This document shows, one piece after another, positions 30,632-43,065 of a stretch of DNA of 64,000 nt. Below the pieces are notes generated by a model, which saw only the letters and a program-made list of their open reading frames with translations, did not search any database and was not told the DNA's origin. This DNA comes from Chrysomallon squamiferum (Eukaryota > Animalia > Mollusca). The stretch lies in the NCBI GenBank assembly GCA_012295275.1, contig CM022679.1, positions 930,001 to 994,000 on the forward strand. Reading direction: 5' to 3'. The number at the start of each line of letters is the position of its first letter. The stretch's first letter is position 1. The position numbers and the translations under genes are program-made.

Positions 30632-31887
30632 CGCTTCAACACGAAAACATCTTAAACATCATCAGTTTCTACACAACACACTGCTTCACGAAAACATCTT
30701 AAACATCATCAGTTTCTACACAACACACTGCTTCACGAAAACATCTTAAACATCATCAGTTTCTACACAACACACTGCTTCACGAAGATCATCTTAAACA
30801 TCATCAGTTTCTACACAACACACTGCTTCAACACGAAAACATCTTAAACATCATCAGTTTCTACACAACACACTGCTTCACGAAGATCATCTTAAACATC
30901 ATCAGTTTCTACACAACACACTGCTTCACGAAGATCATCTTAAACATCATCAGTTTCTACACAACACACTGCTTCACGAAGATCATCTTAAACATCATCA
31001 GTTTCTACACAACAACTGCTTCACGAGGATCATCTTAAACATCATCAGTTTCTACACAACACACTGCTTCACGAAGATCATCTTAAACATCATCAGTTTC
31101 TACACAACACACTGCTTCACGAGGATCATCTTAAACATCATCAGTTTCTACACAACACACTGCTTCACGAAGATCATCTGAAACATCATCAGTTTCTACA
31201 CAACACACTGCTTCACGAGGATCATCTTAAACATCATCAGTTTCTACACAACACACTGCTTCACGAGGATCATCTTAAACATCATCAGTTTCTACACAAC
31301 ACACTGCTTCGAAGATCATCTTAAACATCATCAGTTTCTACAAAACATGCTTCACGAAGATCATCTTAAACATCATCAGTTTCTACAGACAAACTGCTTC
31401 ACGAAGATCATCTTAAACATCATCAGTTTCTACACAACACACTGCTTCACGAAGATCATCTTAAACATCATCAGTTTCTACACAACACACTGCTTCACGA
31501 GGATCATCTTAAACATCATCAGTTTCTACACAACACACTGCTTCACGAGGATCATCTTAAACATCATCAGTTTCTACAGACAAACTGCTTCACGAAGATC
31601 ATCTTAAACATCATCAGTTTCTACAGACAAACTGCTTCACGAAGATCATCTTAAACATCATCAGTTTCTACACAACACACTGCTTCACGAAGATCATCTT
31701 AAACATCATCAGTTTCTACACAACACACTGCTTCACGAAGATCATCTTAAACATCATCAGTTTCTACACAACACACTGCTTCACGAAGATCATCTTAAAC
31801 ATCATCAGTTTCTACACAACACACTGCTTCACGAAGATCATCTTAAACATCATCAGTTTCTACACAACACACTGCTTCACGAAGATT
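30632..31887. repeat. 48-bp minisatellite (gcttcacgaagatcatcttaaacatcatcagtttctacacaacacact), ~26 copies
   Basis: Seen directly. Confidence 0.97.
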
Positions 31888-32447
31888 TCAACATCAAAGA
31901 TGATTTCAACGTATTCAGATAAATACGCCATTTTAAGTTTGTTTAACTGTTTATAGACGATTTCAACGTTTAAAGATGATTATTTTAATTTTTAATTTAA
32001 AAAAAAATTTTTTATATGATTTTACTGTTTAAAAATGATTTAACTGCTTAAAGATGTTTTCATCGTTTAAAGATGATTTCAGCGTATTAAGATAACTGTG
32101 TCAGTTTGAAGTGATTTGACTGTTGTAAGAAGATTTGGTTATCTCTGAATGATTGCCTCGTTGTAAGATAAGTGGTTACTAATCATTATGTAACGAGATT
32201 TCATCTTTATTTCTTTTTACTTTTTTTTTTTTTTTTTTTTTTTTTACAATTATAGCTCGTCCTAAATGATTTAAAAAAGGAAAATGTATTTAAGTTTAGT
32301 TAATTAAATAACTAAATCTGACGGAAGATTTCCTGTTATTTTAAGATAATTTGGATCATAAACACTAGCAATTTCAAGCAATCAATCAACCCCACCTCTC
32401 CCTCTCCCACCCCCCTCAGAGGAAACCAATCCCCGTGTTACTTCACT

Positions 32448-32662
32448 AAGAAAGAAAGAAAAGAAAAGTATAAACTGAAAGAAAGCAAGAATGAAGAAAG
32501 AAAGAAAGACAAAGAAAAGTATAAACTGAAAGAAAGCAAGAATGAAGAAAGAAAGAAAGACAAAGAAAAGTATAAACTGAAAGAAAGCAAGAATGAAGAA
32601 AGAAAGAAAGACAAAGAAAAGTATAAACTGAAAGAAAGCAAGAATGAAGAAAGAAAGAAAGG
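32448..32662. repeat. 51-bp purine-rich tandem repeat, ~4 copies
   Basis: aaagaaaagtataaactgaaagaaagcaagaatgaagaaagaaagaaagac repeated. Confidence 0.9.
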
Positions 32663-33945
32663 ACGAATGAAAGAAAATTAAGAAAGAAAGAAAGAAACAA
32701 ACAAACAAATATTTTTATATCCTTCCAAAATAAACGTAAAGATTTACAATGGAAGAAGAGTATTACCAAGAAATACGCTAAAACAATCGACTGTTTTATT
32801 GTCGATCTCGCAGTCTGCAGTCAGTCTGCTATCAGTGTGACCTTGACCTTGGTCAGTCGTCTTACAGAACAAAAACAAAGCATTGAATGGACGTGAACCC
32901 TCTCAGTATTAATAATTAATTAAAAGCGTTTTCTCATAGCCATCGATTTCAACTAACAGATTGCTGTTGTTTGGCTTCTTCATTTAAACAACACAGAGGC
33001 AAAAATACCACAGTGTGGTTAAACAGCGCCTGTCAGGCATAATAAGCAGCAGGATCAATCCCAACGTTTTTTTAACATATTGAAATGGGTTTTTTTCTGT
33101 TCTTTCATTTCATTACGTAATGGTATTTGCTAATTAAATTATTTATGTGAAAGAGTTTTTCATGACTTTAAAAAAAAGAGAAAAAAAAGAGAGAAAGTTT
33201 AACGTATTCTCTCTGTATATTAGACGTCTGAAATAACTGGTGTTTGAAATCCAGTGACCGATGACCGAACATCGGCCTCTTGTTTAATTATTGTACTCGC
33301 GATAATCTCTTATATTCCTTTCAGTCGAGGTTATGTTTAACTTATTATTATTAGCTATAAATATGGTTTTTATATTTTAAAAGGAAAAAAAAAAAAAAAA
33401 AAAAAAACAAGAATAAAACCTGCAGTTATTATGAAATTGATTTATTAGTATTACTGTCTTAAAAAAAAATTAATAATAATAATAATAATAATAGTTGTTG
33501 TTGTTGTTGTTGATGTCGTTTTTATTGTTATAAAATTTGTTGTTGCTATAATAATAATTGTTATTTTTATTTTTAACTGTGATAACTATCAGAGTGAGAG
33601 GGTACATTTTATTACAAAGAGTTTAACTCAGGACACCAGGAAGTAGGTACCTAAAATCTGTATCTTGATAACCACCATGTTGTAGTGTAATTAATTTGTT
33701 TATTTACCATCTGGAATGAAGATACTAGTAACAAGTAAACAAGAACATTCATCATATTTAATAAGTAAACAACTATATTTGTCATGTTAGAATTTAATTT
33801 CCCAAACTTGTCGCTTTCACTGTTAAGTTTTTATACACCAAAAAAAGAAAAACGAAGTATATACTGTTACCAAATAATTAACATATGCACGTGCAAGTCA
33901 TGCAGTTTGTGTGCGTCCGACAGAATGCAATGAAAATAAACTGAC

Positions 33946-34050
33946 CTTGTGAATCATAGCTTCATCGTAGTCGTCGCATGTTGGTGCCAACCCTCCTCCC
34001 AGCGTTGTGGGTCTGCCGTTTTCGGCGACGCGAACTTCGTTATTCGCCAT
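33946..34050 (-). CDS. RAB37: Rab26/Rab37-like GTPase, alternative first coding exon 1A (MANNEVRVAENGRPTTLGGGLAPTCDDYDEAMIHK)
   Basis: Translated by hand. ATG in aaaATGg context at 34050, 35 codons, phase-0 donor AAG|GTCAGT at 33945. It ends in ...HK like the vertebrate RAB37 isoform N-terminus (...DHVLHK|TILVGD) and joins exon 2A in frame. Confidence 0.85.
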
Positions 34051-34298
34051 TTTTTATTTTTTATTTTTTCAAATTCGTCTCTCGTTTTCAGTCTTTGGTA
34101 CTGTTAATGATTTAGTCAACCGTTAACCTGCGCGGAATCACTTTCAGCATCAACAATATTTCCATCTCTGTGAGCCCACCATACTTAAATGGTTTATCGA
34201 TTTGCAAACCGCGCGTTGCTGGCAGATTCCAGCGGACTTCGTCTGCTTTTGCCTGCGAATGTTACCGCTTCGTGTGAGGAACGCTTGCCGAGGTTGAC

Positions 34299-34329
<31 letters not shown>

Positions 34330-34520
34330 CGGCGACGAAAGTGTGAGAAAAGAAAAATCTCGCTCGCCGTACAAACGATTCCGTGCCACTTCTCGCGAGA
34401 TTCTCTCGTTCACCAGAAGTCTTCAACTTGCTGGCGCCAATCGATGACTCGAGCACTTGTCGCAGTATCAGACTTTGTTAATCTCGTTTACCATTATCTA
34501 GAATCTGCAGCGTTTTAATT
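34051..34520 (-). promoter_or_regulatory. Putative 5' UTR/promoter of Rab isoform A
   Basis: Locally GC/CpG-rich, non-repetitive segment directly upstream of the exon 1A ATG. The TSS cannot be located from sequence. Confidence 0.45.
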
Positions 34521-34859
34521 TCTCTGAGGAGAGACCTTCAAATGTAAATAACAGTAGATGCACCATTTAGCTATGCGCTAAAAATATTCTCATTCGTTCA
34601 AAACGTTTTAAATTTTTTTCCTTTTTTTTCCCAGTATCTGTAAAAGTCCTCGATTCCGTTCGTTGTGTGGACGACATATTGATTTTGTGTTTTACTGTTT
34701 ACCAGACTCAGCAGCCAGTCCGGATGAAGCTACGCGTTAGAGCTGAAAAATAACTGTCATAACTGAAGGAATGTCTTTTAAGTCTTCCGTCGTAGCCGTG
34801 AAGGAATGTGACCGTAGAAATCATTTAACAAAACCGTTTAACGACTCTCTTGTAATGCG

Positions 34860-35100
34860 GTTTTAAAACCATTTGGTGTAACTGTAATGGTGTTAAAAAT
34901 CATTTTGTATAACTGTACTGACATTAAAACCATTTTGTATAACTGTACTGACATTAAAACCATTTGGTATAACTGTAGTGGTATTTAAACCATTTGGTAT
35001 AACTGTAGTGGTGTAACAATTTGGTATACCTGTAATGACATTAAAACCATTTAATATAACTGTAGTGGTAATTAAACCATGTGTTATAATTGTGTAGATG
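34860..35100. repeat. Degenerate 30-bp tandem repeat (aaaaccatttggtataactgtagtggtatt)
   Basis: About 8 imperfect copies. Confidence 0.8.
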
Positions 35101-36025
35101 TAATACGGTTTTAAAGAATGCAGGAAAGAAGCAAACTTGAAGAAAGAAACGGGATATGTGTACAAAGCAGTAAAGGAAACAGGAGATAAAAGGTATCGGA
35201 GGGAAAGAAACATCCGCATTAAAATACTAATCTGCAATAATAATCAACGTTAATGATCCCAATTAACCAGTAATTATTCGTGAACACATCCCTAACTGAT
35301 AATTTTTATGACGTGTTTATACCAGCCTAGTTCACCGGTCCTTGTTACAGTAAACGAAACAGCTGCTGTCCCTCCAGCTGAGTTTTTTATTATCACTGAA
35401 TCACTGACAACTTTCTGCGACTTTCCGTATGTCTCCAGCAACCTTGTCTCACGAAGCCATTCCCTAAATGAACCATGCAGAAGATAATGACCTTTCTATG
35501 CATTTTCTGTAATTTATGCCTTTATAAATACATAAAACGAAATAAAATAAATATATAAAAAAAAATTCTTCGTATTTACTTTTTATCGTCTTAATTTACA
35601 TCTAAAGAAACAACTTTATGAATAATAATTACATATACTCTTTTTTTAACCAAAAGAATAATGAATTTTGAAATGACTCAGTCTTTTCAAACATTTTCTA
35701 TATATTACCTTGATGCAAAACACTCTCTGTCTACATGTTTATACAGTTACAGATAACTTGTGTTAATTATTAAACAACAGCAGGATAACTAACAACGTAA
35801 ATCAGTAACTTTTGTATACCTGTTTAAACAAATATTGATCGCGCATGGGATAAATGCAACAAACTTTAGACAAAACAAACAAAAATCCAGAAACCGACAC
35901 GTTTTAATATTTTACTTGTTTGTTAATCACATTAATTTGATATTGCTGATCTTCCTTCTTCTGACTGTTTTGTGTCATAACTGCGACGGATTGCTAGCTG
36001 TTGTATGTTTTCCTTACTGTGTTAT

Positions 36026-39000
36026 TTAGATGACTTTTTCACAGATGTAACGTGAACTGTAGAGGCAGTTAATGTCAATACATCCGTGTTTATATTTGCC
36101 AAAGTCTAAATCCACGCAGAATTCACCAGCGTTGTTGGAGCTGTTCGGTTCTCCTGGTGCCCAGCTGGTGTAGCTCAACCGTGAGCCGTCCAGCCACACC
36201 CAGGTACCATTGTGGGTCGGGTCGTGAGCTCCCACGTGAAACAAGGTACGTTGATGATCTAGAAAATAAATACATAACTAGATGAGAAACCCGCTCTCAG
36301 TTTCATAAATGCTCAAAAATGTATCATGTGTATATGGTCACATTGCATTACAGTATTTTTGTGAATTGGTACAATGCATGGTTACGTATTATCGTTTTTT
36401 ATGATTACTTTGTACATGGTTATATTCTATGATATACATGGTTACACTGTGTCATATACATTGTTACACTGTGTGATATACATTGTTACATTGTGTTATA
36501 TACATTGTTACACTGTGTGATATACATGGTTACACTGTGTGATATACATGGCTACACTGTGTGATATACATGGTTACACTGTCTTTTATACATGGTTGCA
36601 TTGTGTTATATACATGGTTACAATGGATGAAAGAGTGAGGACCAAGCGATGTTACACTGTGGTCAACATTTTAACAAATTCAAAAATCTAGAGTCAGTAC
36701 ATATTTGCCTTTTGTTAGATTTGAGAGAGAGACTGTAATATTTTGTCCCGTTCTACTCACCAAGAGACAGCATTTCCACAATGGCTGAGTTTTTCTGATG
36801 TGAGTCTAACAGTACAAGTCTCGCACCTTCTGACTGACATCTGTGTTGAGCTGAGAGCCACGTCTGTTTGTCTGACGACAACTTCACACACAGTGGTCCT
36901 TTTCTGATCAAACGATAACCATCTGAGTTACACCTTTCTGTAACCAAACACAGAAAACACTTTGTTATAGAGATTACACAAAAACAATATATATACCGTG
37001 AGTGTGTGTGTGCGTGTCTGTGTATGGACACCGAACTGGACTGAACTTTTATTTACACTCAGGCTGTAGTACATTCGTACAAAAGTTGGTGGATTTACGA
37101 TAATATACATAATCATGAAAATATATACTGTATCAGTCAGAGGATTTGAAAAAAAAAAATCATGATTCGATTATAGAAAATAGAACATTTTCTAAGGACA
37201 CCAGTTTTTTTAGAGTTAAATAATTTGTAAAACTTATGAATGCTTGGTTTAGATTGACAGAAAAATGGTAGGAAAATGTACCTTTGACTCTTAGAAAAAC
37301 AACAAAAATATACATGTTAATATGTAATGAAACTCATCTCAGATGTCATTGTTATTTCACAAAGGACATATTCTATTTTATAATGGTATATTTTTTTACA
37401 TCTTCCCATTTCAGTAGGAAGATTATGATTTGAAAGTCTAAGCTGCAACAGTGGGTATTTTCTCTCTGTAAGGTTGAACTGTGTCTCGAATGTGACAGTA
37501 TTTTTAAATAGTTTATGATTTAAAGCTTTGGGCGAACTATCAGTGACAGAGTACCAGTATTGTAAAAAACTGATCTATAAGCCTTGTGTTAATGAATGGT
37601 TTTAACACAGAAGCACTAGTGATACCATTACAGTGTAATAACCACATATATGTACAGCCAACATTATTGAGAATAGATTTAACATGTAACATCCATTTGT
37701 GATTTTAAAATGTTATTGTTAACCTCATTCAGTAAAAGTCTGTACACTAGTAACGATACCATTAAGTAATCATTCTAACTTTTACAACAATATACACTGG
37801 ATAACGTCCAAGTTCCATTTTAATAAGTACAATGGAGTAGATTTCCTTACAGATAATATTAATTGCATAAACCGGGTTACATAATTTTCTCAGTAATGAC
37901 AATTTTTCAAATCCCCACATTTTCCTACAATATAGAACTGGTAAAGACATGCAGTAAAATAATTACTGTTGACACTGTTTGGAAATATTATAACATTTTG
38001 CTTGTCGTAGAATGAAATGCATAGCGTTCTGTGCTTGTGAATATAACATGTTTCTTGCCTTAGTAAATCTATTCGATTTGTGAAAAATGAACCGAGATAT
38101 TTATAACTTTCTACATTTGATTTTTGCAAGATAAAATATTTTCCTGTAATCTTTATTGCTTCCATTAAAAATTAATTTCTGTTTAGTGCAGTAAGAATCG
38201 AAAATCTTTAGAGATTTTTTGCATATCTTGGTAATTATCTGCAAGGAGTGCAGTATCATCGGGATAGAGTAACAATAGTTTTACCAACATTTTTATCATT
38301 ACCAACTCTTCCGTTTACAATATATTTGTTACTTTTGCTAAATTCAGTAATTCATCTGAAACTTCTGTCATGTTATTTGAAATATTTCCTAACTTGGCTT
38401 ACCTCTTCCTTCATAACTTCAACCACATCCGCCATATTCTTTCTTTCTGTACAGAATTTATGGATTTTTCTAACTCAGAGATTTTCTTGTTACCTTCATT
38501 CAATTCTTAATCGTTTCTCAATACCTTCTATTTTATTTAGTTTCTGAAATATCTGCTTAAACAATTTAATGCACTGCTAAATAAAACTTGCAACTGTTTC
38601 AGACGCACTAGTCGCAGAAACTGACGTCATCTTTTCTTTCGTTTCTTCGTCCGCTTCTCCTTCTTATTTGCCAGGTTATTTTGTCTTAGCAAATGTCATG
38701 TATTAATAATAATTTGTTTCCATCAACTTTATATTAAAATATTAAAAATAAGATATAAAATACGCGAGCTAATTTACTTCAAGCTTGCACCATCTTGTCA
38801 TGCGCAGTCATCTTGTTATACACGGTATGATCGATCGCCAGTATGTAACCTAATGCCAGGTTTTTAAAATACAGTGTTATGAGAAATACTTTTTTTTTTT
38901 TTTTAAGGACAAAATATTGTTATACAGATTAAACTAACCTTAAAATATAGTCATATGGATTATAGTAACATCAAACATTGTGTCACATAAATTGTAATAT

Positions 39001-39565
39001 AAAAAGGTTAAAATGGTGTGCCATATTAACTGTAGTAACATTAAAATAAATCTTGTTACAGAGATTATTCTACCTTCAAAATCCTGTTATGTAACTAAGA
39101 CTAGCATAAAAACAGATAAACGTTAGTCAAGTAACCAGTTATATAACAAAAGCGTAACCAGATAAATAACAGTAAGAGAATGAGATAAATAGTAATAACG
39201 TCACGAGATAAACTAGAGATACAAGGAACGTGACCAGACAAAGTGTAACACGTCAAATACTGTGTTATGTTCACAGAATAACGAATAATGAAGAATATTA
39301 CATTAAAAGAGAAACTTAAACTAATACCTGACTGTAGAACGAAGTAGGTGATACCAGGTGATATTCCAAGGATGAAATTATCAAGCCATCTGTTTTCCAG
39401 GTAACAGTTTCTGTTTTCCTGGTTGAAGAAACACGTGGAACATGTTGAGTTGTGACCACAGGAAATCACACATGCTATACGTGTGTCTCTTGATACTGGA
39501 ACCGTGGTGTTTGTAAAAACTAGGACGCTGTAGATACTGGCAATATACTGACTCATGCAAATCAT
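36026..39565 (-). CDS. PAN/Apple + C-type lectin domain protein, copy 1 (exons ~39565-39328, 36937-36761, 36258-36026; ~215 aa; EPN / CID motifs)
   Basis: GT-AG phase-1 junctions. The first exon has a PAN-like C-x3-C-x5-C...F..C pattern. CTLD hallmarks: TWLSAQHRCQSEGARLV, WVWLDG, W..GEPN, terminal YICEK. The 5' boundary and any signal-peptide exon are uncertain. Confidence 0.85.
36410..36622. repeat. 21-bp tandem repeat (atacatggttacactgtgtgat-like) in the last intron of lectin copy 1
   Basis: About 10 copies. Confidence 0.85.
37130..38810 (-). mobile_element. Degenerate non-LTR retrotransposon (LINE) remnant in the intron of lectin copy 1: 5' end plus ORF2 C-terminal part
   Basis: Minus-strand peptides VESYKYLG (RT thumb), ELGRYPVYIVVKVRMI, LRLSNHNLPTEMGR and RICPL*...DEFHYILTC (C-terminal Cys/His motif), with stops and frameshifts. 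Boundaries approximate. Confidence 0.75.
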
Positions 39566-42156
39566 AGTCGTAAATAAATAATAAAGCAGTAGTGTAAAAA
39601 AATATAAATTGAAAAAAACAAAAATGAAAGAGCAAAAGTAGGATTTAAAAATAAAACAGTAGTAGTCAGATATCAAATGAAACTGATTGTCTGGAATCAA
39701 AATGAAGAAGTAATAGTCATATATCGAAACAACAACAGTCAAACATTCAAATAAAACCGTACTAATCAGATCTCAAAATAAAAAGGCAGTAGTTCGATAA
39801 AAAATAAAACTGTAATAGTCAGATATCAGACTCAAACAGCAATAGTCAGATATCAGACTTAAACAATAATAGTCAGATATCCAAATGAAACAATAATAGA
39901 TATAAAATTGAAACAGTAGTAGACAATATCAGACTGAAGCAGTAGTAGACAGATATAACACTGCAACTGTTGAGTTGACTCTATCACAGGAAGTATAACT
40001 AGCTATTGATCTCATCATTGATCTCATCATTGATTTCATTCTGTTGTTAGATGTCACGTTTGTAAGTATTCTCGTTTATCTGATTTTCTAGAAGAATAAT
40101 AAGAAGAGGAAGAAGAGGATGACGAAAAGCAAGAAAAAAATAAAGAAACCATTACTAATGTTTGACTTTATTAATATACGTGCATTTATAAAGAACGAAT
40201 TCCTTCGTTACACAGTTTCAGTTAACACATCTTTCTTGTTAACACTGATTATAAATTAATCACTGTACTGAATTTCCTTCAAGTAAATGTAATGGAATTA
40301 TAAAGAAACTTTCAATCTGAAAGAAGATTTTGAAAGAGAGTTTATGGATGACTGGTTTGACTATTTTATTAAACGTACTGGATTGTTTAATGTTAGATGT
40401 CCAAGTGAATCAAGGCGAGGGTATCAACAAGTTGCTACAAATATTGTAGTAGAATTAGAAAAGACTGGACAACAATTGTAACGGAAAATCGGGGAATTGT
40501 TATGTAGCTTCATGATAAATGTTACAGTATTGTTATGTAGCTTGATGTTAAATGTTACAGTATTGTTACATAGCTTCATGTTAAATGTTACAGTATTGTT
40601 ATGTAGCTTCATGTTAAATGATACGGTATTTTTATGCAGTTTCATGTTAAATAAAACAGTGGTAATCAGATATTGAAATGAAACTCTATCAGTCAAATTA
40701 AACAGTAGAAGACAGTTATCAGAACGAAACAGTAGTAGTCAGATACACAAACGAGACAGTAAGAGTCAGATGCGAAAACGACATAATTATAGTCAAATAT
40801 CTAAATGTAACAACTATAACACAATACAGCTGATTGCATGGCAGGAACTATTGCAAAATACTGATCTCATCATTGTTTTCACCCTATTGTTAGTTGCCAT
40901 GTTTCTCTGCAAATTGGTTTATTTGATCACTTAGGAGAGCATGATTGTGTATTATTTTCAAGAAAGCTGTCGTATAAATATGAGATTAATTAATCATTAT
41001 TATTATTATTTTATTATACTTCACAAATCACACGTAGGTCGCAAAACAACACGAACAACCCAATAAATAATATATAACTTGATTAATATGTGTTAGCACA
41101 CAGATAGAGAACAAATTACTCAACAAGGATTACATCATAATTTTAATTTTTTTCACAACGGTCACCAAATTCTATTTGGTTTTATTAAGCATTTAGAAAA
41201 TTTCCTTGAAGTAAATAACTAAAATTACAAACTTAAACAAACTTTCATTATGAAAGAAGATTTTGAAAAAAATGTGATTGACTGATTTGAATAAGAAAGA
41301 GCAGATGAAGAAGATGCTAAGAAAGTAGAATTAGAAAATACTGTAGAAAGACTGTGATGACTTATATAGACAAAACTGTCCTATGCTGGAAGATGATGCA
41401 TTGAAAATCTTTTCTTGTAAAAGAGAAAAAACATGCTCTGTCTATAAAGATTAAAAAGGTAGAATAACAACTGCTGCGGAAAACTGAAAGTGGGTTTGAA
41501 AATTCACAAAATAAATTTATATGATTTTCTGTTTCTTTCAGTGTATTTAATTGTTTTAGACAGGCAGAAATCAAAAAAGAAAGAAAAGAAAAACAACAAC
41601 ACAAAGTAAAAAGAATTAAAATAAATAAATAAATAAATATTTTTATTAATTGATTGATTAATTAATTAATTAATTAATTAATAATAATAATAATAGTAAT
41701 AATAATGATAATAATAATAATAAGAAGAAGAATAATAAAAACACAGACACTTGAATTAGATAATTTTCCATGTATATTTATCGGATCCACTAAGCGTGTA
41801 GAACGTGGGATGGTGTGTGATGATGAACATACAGATAGGACGTACCTGTTAGCCATGGTGACCTTCTTTTCGCTAATCTAGTTGCAAATTACACATCTCG
41901 GAAAACTGTTTTAAGAGATGAACTATGATATTCCAAAGCTGCATAGATTAATATTTAATGTTAGTTTTCTTTCGTAGCTTCATGTTAAATGTAACACTAT
42001 TCTTATGTAACTTCTTGTTAAATGTTACTGTATGGTTAAGTAACTTCATATCAAATGTTACAGTATTGTCATGTAGCGTCTTGTTAAATGTTATAGTAAT
42101 ACTATAATATTTAAACTGAACCCCCGCAGCAATACTGTAAGAAGGCTCATGATAAA

Positions 42157-42193
<37 letters not shown>

Positions 42194-43065
42194 AAAATAA
42201 TGGTTCTCCTTCCAATTTAGAACATACACACACAACACACAGTCATATTCATTCGGAAAAACTGTAAACAAATGTCCGAAATTAATATCATTTTATCACG
42301 TTTATTCATTATTATTTACAAATTACGACTAAAATTTGATTTCTTTAATGTACTAATGAGAGTTGTATTTTTTAGTATGTTGTTTTTGTTTATGTAAGGT
42401 GTTTTTATCATACGTAATGAATTTTTAACGGCAAATGACCAGGTAAATAATATAATTTTATTTATTATTATCATTATTCTTTATTCAGTATTATTTTTGT
42501 TTTCAAGTTTTGCCGATAATAAAAGTGTATCATGAGTTTTTAAAGTTAGTTTTGTGGTGTTTGTCTTCATTTGGAAGCATTTGTAAGATACTATGTAACG
42601 AATATAGATTTGAAACGTAGAGATAAATTTTGTTCAATTATTAAAATCCAACAGGATAACCGAAGTAACCACATAAATCAATAACCTTCTGTGTGACTGT
42701 TTACAAGCTGGTCAGTTTAGGTAAACTATCTCGAACGACCATAACACTTTGAGAAATGTTTGGACTGCAACAACAACAACAACAAGAACGACAACAAAAA
42801 AGTGAAATAAAATAAAATAAATAAAATAAATTAAAATAATAATAGTGTTAAAAAGGTAAGAACAAAAAATAAAACAAAGAAAAAGAAAAAAGAAAAGAAA
42901 AATATTTAACAAAAAGGATGACAAGTCAATGTTTATAGTATATCAAGTTAATGCAACACAATTTAGACGAAACAGAAATCCAGAAATTGAAAAATTACAA
43001 ATCTCTTTCTCCTTTGTGTAATAATTACGAAGTATTGTGTTCTGTTTTATATTTCTCTGTGTTAT

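Noticed and set aside
30632-31887. CRISPR-like appearance of regular repeats (also 28173-29145 and 13088-13405)
   Set aside because: The units are contiguous with no unique spacers, there are no cas genes, and the context is a eukaryotic intron.
40820-40890. Conserved ATG-started reading MATNNRVKTM... upstream of the PAN exons as a leader exon
   Set aside because: It meets a stop within ~25-28 codons, has no good donor and no hydrophobic core, so I cannot support it as coding.
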